This document shows, one piece after another, positions 59,067 to 64,000 of a stretch of DNA of 64,000 bases; positions within the stretch are counted from its first letter, which is position 1; every line of letters begins with the position of its first letter. The notes under the pieces are model-generated. The model was not told the origin of the DNA. It ran no database searches and worked only from the letters and a program-made list of their open reading frames with translations. A program made the translations under genes and the position numbers. The stretch spans positions 1,259,620 to 1,323,619 of the forward strand of contig CAVOZR010000001.1 in assembly GCA_963701335.1 (NCBI GenBank), given 5' to 3'. This DNA is from an uncultured Gammaproteobacteria bacterium (GTDB lineage Bacteria > Pseudomonadota > Gammaproteobacteria > Steroidobacterales > Woeseiaceae).

Positions 59067-61676
59067 TTACTGAACCAGCGTGGCTGCACTGCCCAACGTG
59101 GCGGCACAGACACCCTTGGCAATTGCTCGTGTGTCGCTCGGACCAGCCAGCAGCCGGTCGATCAGGTTGTCCGGGCGACCGCCAGCTGCCTGGAAGGACG
59201 CCAGTTCCTGATACACGACGCCGTAGCTCGGCTGGCTCGCAATTTGCGGGCCGGACGGCGTATTGCCGACAGCGCGAGCAATCATCGGGTCGACGAAGTT
59301 GTCGCGATTGGCAACGCTGAAAGCCTGGCTTGCGGCCTGGTTGAAGTCGAAGCCCGGCCACATTGCCGCTGCGTCGGGATTCGGGCTCGCGTTCGAGCCG
59401 ATTGCCGCGTCGCAGTACTGGATGGCCAGCTGCGCGATCGCCACCTGGTGCGACGACAGGAACGTGTTCACGTCCTCCACCGCAGGCAGCGACTGTCGAA
59501 GTTCCTGGTAGGTGTCGTCGACAGGGAATACGCCGGAGGGGCGCTCGTAGCCGGTGCGGCTCACGCCCGTGATTGCCGAGAATGTGGCGTCGATCTCATC
59601 GAAGGTACGCACACCGATCTGCGGTGCATCGGGAAGATCTGTTGGCGTGATGATCAGCATCGGATCGTCAGGACGGTTATAGGAGAACCCGGCGAGCCTG
59701 TCGAAAGTCAGGAAGAACTCGTCGTCCTGAGGTCCTTTCTCGAGCGGAATCACGGCACCAAGCGCGGACAGCGGCTGGCCGAGTTCCTCGAAAAGCGATG
59801 CACTCAGGGTTTCATTCAGGGTCGCATACGTCTGACCGTGATCTGCCTCCTGTCCGTTCATCGCGATGCGAACGCCCTCGATCGGAATACCTTCCGGCGA
59901 TGAGCCATCGAGCGTGATGAAATGCGGTTTGTCAAACAGGTACGCATAGCTGTCGAACTGCTGTACTTCGTAGAGTATGTACGACGACTGCTCCGCGGCC
60001 TGCAGCCGTTCCGAGATATCGAACAGCAGGTAGAACCTCTCGCCAACACCGGCGTCGAAATTCTGCTGTATCTGCTCCTGGGTCAGCGAACGCCGATGGA
60101 TTGCGGCCAGGCGGAAGGTGCCTTCAAAGACGCCATCGCCCGAGGCCTCGTTACCCAGAACCAGCGCAAACGTGTCCTGCCAGTCGACAAAGGTGCCGCC
60201 GGGAATCGGGTCAGCGTTTGATACAAGTTCGCCGTTGACGTAAATGCGGCGCCCGTTGATTGGATCGTAGGTTGCGACGACGTGCTGCAGGGTTGCCTGC
60301 AATACTTCGTCCGCGTCCGGAGTCGACAGCGCGGGATCACCGTTCAGGCTAACGAGCGGGTCGCCGTTGGCATCCTGCGCGTTGCTGCGCAGCAGGAAGT
60401 CGTAATTATAAAGCGTCTGCTGAAGCGTGAAATTCCGCGTGTTGGGTCCGGCCGAATAGCTGACGATCCGCGCCATCTCCTGCGTGACGTTGGCCGGGAT
60501 TACCCAGGCCTCGATGGAAAATTCGCCGGATTCCTGCAGTACATCGGCGAGCTTGGCACTGGCCGTGGTGGAGCCCTGTGCCTTGCCCGGGCCCTGTGCC
60601 GCGTTTGTACCGATCGTGATGCCCCAGCCACCGAACCAGCTGACGTCACCCGAGAAGTTCAGGTCGATAGCCGGATCGACACCGCTGGTGTCAAACGCCG
60701 TCAGTCCGCTGCCGGTCTTGAACTCCCAGAGCGCAATCTGTGAATCTTCGTAGCGGTTACCGCCGGACGCCAGCGTGCCGTCGACAAGGCGAACCGCCTT
60801 ACTGTAGACAAGGTTGGGGTCAACGGTGGTTGCCGTAATGCCATTGGCGAACGCCGTAATGGCGGCCAGCATCTCATCGGCAGAGGACGCACAGTTGCCG
60901 TTCCAGCAGTTGTGCGACTCGCCGAGCGGAACCGGGCTTACCTTGCCGACAAAGCGCGAGTCGGCCGGCGTGTCGAGATTGATCTTCGATTTGGCCGCGT
61001 CGTAGGCGCTGGCGATGTCCGGGTCACCGAAATACGGCTGCTGCGCGTTGGGCGACTGCGAGCTGTGGCAGTCGGAGCAATAACGCTCGAGTATCGGCGT
61101 ATGGATCAGCTGCTGAAACGCGGCCGGATCGTCCGGGAAGTTCTTGCTCGAACTCGGGTCGCTGGACGCGGGAGGTGTCAGTACGATCTGGCGACCGCCA
61201 CCGGCGGCCGAACCGACCCAGTTTTCGATCCAGGTTGTCATGATGCTGCCGCAGACGCCCGAGTCAGCGACCCAGCAGTTGTGACCGCCGGAGACCTTTT
61301 CAACCAGGCGCGACAGCGCCGGTTGCTGCGTGTCCGTTACCGTCACCGCCTCGTCGTAGGCCATGTTGACGTCGTCGTTGCGCACGAAAGTCGGTACCTG
61401 GCCAACGGTTTCGTTGTGACAGGAGCCGCAACGGTCCGTCGTCTTTGCGTTGGACCAGAACTCCTGCTGGAACTTGAGTACGTCGCCGTCCCGAGCAACA
61501 GGGCCCGTATATACCGCGTCGTTGTTGTTCCCGGGATTCTGCGACAAGGGGTTGTCAGTAGTCTGTGCGCCGCCACCGCAGGCTGCGAGAACCACGCTCG
61601 ACAGCAGTGCCACCGTCGTTGCGCGCAACGAGCGGTAAGCGGGGGCCTTGGTAGCAATTCCAATTGCGTTAGTCAT
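59067..61676 (-). CDS. Lipoprotein with two CxxCH heme-c motifs and a LamG (concanavalin-like) domain
   Basis: There is a lipobox (VVLAACGG), plus CGSCH and CSDCH motifs. The LamG-like core reads FSIEAWV...HVVATYDPINGRRIYVNGE...FRLAAIHRRSLTQEQIQQNF. The start was set at the Met preceded by GGGAGA, 13 nt after the upstream stop. Confidence 0.6.
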   Translation of the reverse strand: MTNAIGIATKAPAYRSLRATTVALLSSVVLAACGGGAQTTDNPLSQNPGNNNDAVYTGPVARDGDVLKFQQEFWSNAKTTDRCGSCHNETVGQVPTFVRNDDVNMAYDEAVTVTDTQQPALSRLVEKVSGGHNCWVADSGVCGSIMTTWIENWVGSAAGGGRQIVLTPPASSDPSSSKNFPDDPAAFQQLIHTPILERYCSDCHSSQSPNAQQPYFGDPDIASAYDAAKSKINLDTPADSRFVGKVSPVPLGESHNCWNGNCASSADEMLAAITAFANGITATTVDPNLVYSKAVRLVDGTLASGGNRYEDSQIALWEFKTGSGLTAFDTSGVDPAIDLNFSGDVSWFGGWGITIGTNAAQGPGKAQGSTTASAKLADVLQESGEFSIEAWVIPANVTQEMARIVSYSAGPNTRNFTLQQTLYNYDFLLRSNAQDANGDPLVSLNGDPALSTPDADEVLQATLQHVVATYDPINGRRIYVNGELVSNADPIPGGTFVDWQDTFALVLGNEASGDGVFEGTFRLAAIHRRSLTQEQIQQNFDAGVGERFYLLFDISERLQAAEQSSYILYEVQQFDSYAYLFDKPHFITLDGSSPEGIPIEGVRIAMNGQEADHGQTYATLNETLSASLFEELGQPLSALGAVIPLEKGPQDDEFFLTFDRLAGFSYNRPDDPMLIITPTDLPDAPQIGVRTFDEIDATFSAITGVSRTGYERPSGVFPVDDTYQELRQSLPAVEDVNTFLSSHQVAIAQLAIQYCDAAIGSNASPNPDAAAMWPGFDFNQAASQAFSVANRDNFVDPMIARAVGNTPSGPQIASQPSYGVVYQELASFQAAGGRPDNLIDRLLAGPSDTRAIAKGVCAATLGSAATLVQ

Positions 61677-61689
61677 TATCGTAGTCTCC

Positions 61690-62934
61690 CTACTGGCCCA
61701 TGCAGTGGACAGCAGCGTCCGCAAATACTTGCTTCATCTGGTAGCCCGTCCCGCGGAACGTTGAAATGATCTCGTCGACCTTGGCGCCGTCGCCCAGGTT
61801 CGGGTCAGCCAGGTCCGGATCGCGAAGGCAGACCGCGCGAAACGCCTTCTTCACCTGGCAGGCGGCGAACGCGTAGCTGTTGCCCAGTTCTTCACCGAGT
61901 GACTTGGCGCCCGCGCCGCTGCCTGGCAATGCCGGGTCGAAACCGAGGTACGAGTTTTGGCCCTTTCGCCAATAGTTGTCCCACTGATCGTCGGGCGTGC
62001 GGAACCCCTGCGGGAAGTTCAGATCGTTATTGAAGTACTTGGGCTGGACGTTGCCGGGGGTGTACTGGAGCGTGCCGGCGGCTTCGTCATAATTGTAGTA
62101 GGCGAATGCCTGGGCCATCGGGTCCATGCCCGTGTGGCAGCCGATGCAGTTGTTCAGGAACAGCCGGCTGTCGCCGCCCGGGCTGCGGCTGACGTCCTGA
62201 CGAATTCGGTCAGGCGGCAGGTTCGGGTCGTGCATCTGCTCCATGTCATTGCAGAGATGATTCATCAGTGTGAAACGGAACATCGCGCGGTTGGTCCCGG
62301 CGATGAAGAATGCCTCCGATGCCGCTCGCGACGTCATTACGCCCGCCGTCGCCGAGGAAGGGATGTTCTGAACGCTCGACTGCGCGACCATCTGCAGCTC
62401 ATCGCGCAGGCTGACATTGTTCGCCTCGAGTTGCTCATAGTGAGCGTTGTTGTTTGCAGAAGGCGCGGCAGCCACAACGCCGGATCGACCCACATAGGTA
62501 ATGTCATCGGAGAGCAGCGTATTGAAAGGGCGGTCGTCCCTTATCATTCCGATAACCGTCGCAACGTAATCGTTCAGCGGGACAAAAATCGACTGATCGC
62601 GATTCGTCCAGGGCGCTGCGAAGTTCTTCAGCGTCACGTTATAGAAATTGACGTTGTCCATGGCAATATAGGCTGCCGTTGTGGCATTGCCCGGCAGCGC
62701 CGGATTGATGGCATCTTCCATCTGCTGCAGCACTGCCTCGGTCGGCGGTACACCGGCGAGCCGGTCATGCAGGCGTTTGGCCTGCTCCCGGTAACCCGCA
62801 TGTGCCGGAGAAATCAGAACGGCAGCAAGCAATGCCGCAAGCGCGAGGCGCGGCAGCGTTCCGATTTGGACTTCCCTAAAGTTCTTCAGCATGTCGTTTT
62901 TCATATCGTTTCTGCTCATCACTCGAATGATCAA
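61690..62934 (-). CDS. Exported CxxCH protein resembling the DUF1588/DUF1585 end of planctomycete-type cytochrome-like proteins
   Basis: There is a signal peptide (LAALLAAVLISPAHA). The motif CIGCHTGMDPMAQAFAYYNYD resembles C..CH..DP.G..F. The start is ambiguous; Met15 at 62892 is possible. Confidence 0.5.
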   Translation of the reverse strand: MIIRVMSRNDMKNDMLKNFREVQIGTLPRLALAALLAAVLISPAHAGYREQAKRLHDRLAGVPPTEAVLQQMEDAINPALPGNATTAAYIAMDNVNFYNVTLKNFAAPWTNRDQSIFVPLNDYVATVIGMIRDDRPFNTLLSDDITYVGRSGVVAAAPSANNNAHYEQLEANNVSLRDELQMVAQSSVQNIPSSATAGVMTSRAASEAFFIAGTNRAMFRFTLMNHLCNDMEQMHDPNLPPDRIRQDVSRSPGGDSRLFLNNCIGCHTGMDPMAQAFAYYNYDEAAGTLQYTPGNVQPKYFNNDLNFPQGFRTPDDQWDNYWRKGQNSYLGFDPALPGSGAGAKSLGEELGNSYAFAACQVKKAFRAVCLRDPDLADPNLGDGAKVDEIISTFRGTGYQMKQVFADAAVHCMGQ

Positions 62935-63763
62935 ACAATGTGCTTCTCATATGTGCCCAGATGAAACCGCACATCACGCACCCAAAGTTAACGGACTGTT
63001 CAGAATTTGCTGCGTCATGATTGACGCGTGCCAAATCTGTTGCTCCTTGTTGCTCCGCATTATGCGGCGGACTCCTGTCCGCCAGGTCGGTTGCTCAATT
63101 TGGCAAATGCACTCTGCCTGACTTTGAAAACATTTGCCGTGAATACAATCACGATTCCGAACGTCCTCAAGGTTTGCGTAAACAACCCACCTGTGATCTC
63201 TAAAGCAAGTGCTGTGCCACTCCTGGTGAGGTCGCCGATATACCTCAATAAAAATAATAAAAACAATGAGTTATTGAGTTTCCTTTGCGGCTCCTCCGAC
63301 GCGTCATATGTCAAGTCATTGTCGGCGCTTTAGCACAACCATAATCACCTGAACGGCTAAGCTACTGATTGTGAAGGACAGTGCAACTGTCGCTGAAGGG
63401 AGACAGGGCCGTCGCCTCATGACAATAAGAAACAACAAACGCCAATGACATAAAGTTCATGCGGTTTCTCAATCGTTGCAGGAAAATCACATTTTTTACG
63501 CGCGTCGAATCGTGACGAAATGGAACCGTATGCCACGTCGCGCCGTGTGCGTGAACAGGTAACGCGTCGAAAAGACGTTTGACTTTGTTCGGTGTCGTGC
63601 TTTTGAGACATTACATCGAGCCCGATGCGTCTCATATAATTGCCTGCGAAACGCTCCGAACAAACAGAGCCAAGATTGCAGGTTAATCGTAGTTTGTGAC
63701 TGCGTTAACGGTACGGCGACACCGTCGCGACGTACCCTGCCACAATGACCCGAGGTGAAGGCG

Positions 63764-64000
63764 ATGATTAAGCTACCACGACAGTCCGTGAAGGGAAATA
63801 CCGGTAAAGCGACCAGGATGGTTGCATTGTCGATGGCATGCATGCTGATTGCAGCGTGCAGCAAAGGCGACGGTGTACAGATTGGCACCGGACAGGATGC
63901 AGATCCTGTCGTTATCGATTTTCCTATCGCCTATATCAAGTCGCCCATTCCGGTGGATGACAACGGAGAATTCCAGCAGCAGGATCTCAGGGAGCAGATC
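63764..64000 (+). CDS. Lipoprotein, 3'-partial (runs off the window)
   Basis: A GAGGTGAAGG RBS precedes the ATG at 63764. There is a lipobox (MLIAACS), and the frame stays open to the window end. It is not in the ORF track because no stop codon is reached. Confidence 0.5.
   Translation, partial: MIKLPRQSVKGNTGKATRMVALSMACMLIAACSKGDGVQIGTGQDADPVVIDFPIAYIKSPIPVDDNGEFQQQDLREQI

Overview
High-GC (about 60%) chromosomal segment. Its gene order (aroQ-accB-accC-prmA-[zinc-ribbon/DUF3426]-dusB-fis-purH-purD, then dsbD/tlpA and groESL) is the classical gammaproteobacterial (Pseudomonas-like) arrangement. No rRNA, tRNA, CRISPR array, transposase or integrase could be supported. Most of the window is housekeeping and envelope or redox maintenance. 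That includes purine synthesis, fatty-acid carboxylase, chaperones, msrPQ/msrA/dsbD/tlpA, folE, murI, korAB-fdxA, a FecR/TonB-receptor pair, and many exported hydrolases and lipoproteins. Five things are worth a second look. (1) A complete, canonical T-box riboswitch with an AUC (Ile) specifier, an antiterminator and an intrinsic terminator sits directly upstream of a type-2 (about 1,048 aa) isoleucyl-tRNA synthetase, an unexpected pairing for this lineage. (2) A terminator-bounded three-gene operon (57435-62934, minus strand) encodes exported proteins: a CxxCH protein, a two-CxxCH LamG lipoprotein, and a Tat-signal DUF1501/1552-like protein. It resembles uncharacterised planctomycete-type gene pairs. 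An N2227-like methyltransferase with zinc-ribbon and PqqD-like ends follows it. (3) An 80-bp tandem repeat re-copies the 3' end and stop codon of a dehalogenase gene. (4) Two AT-rich ORF-free islands stand out from the surrounding composition. (5) groESL has a CIRCE operator plus a sigma32-like promoter. All protein calls rest on motif recognition in the supplied translations. No database search was run.
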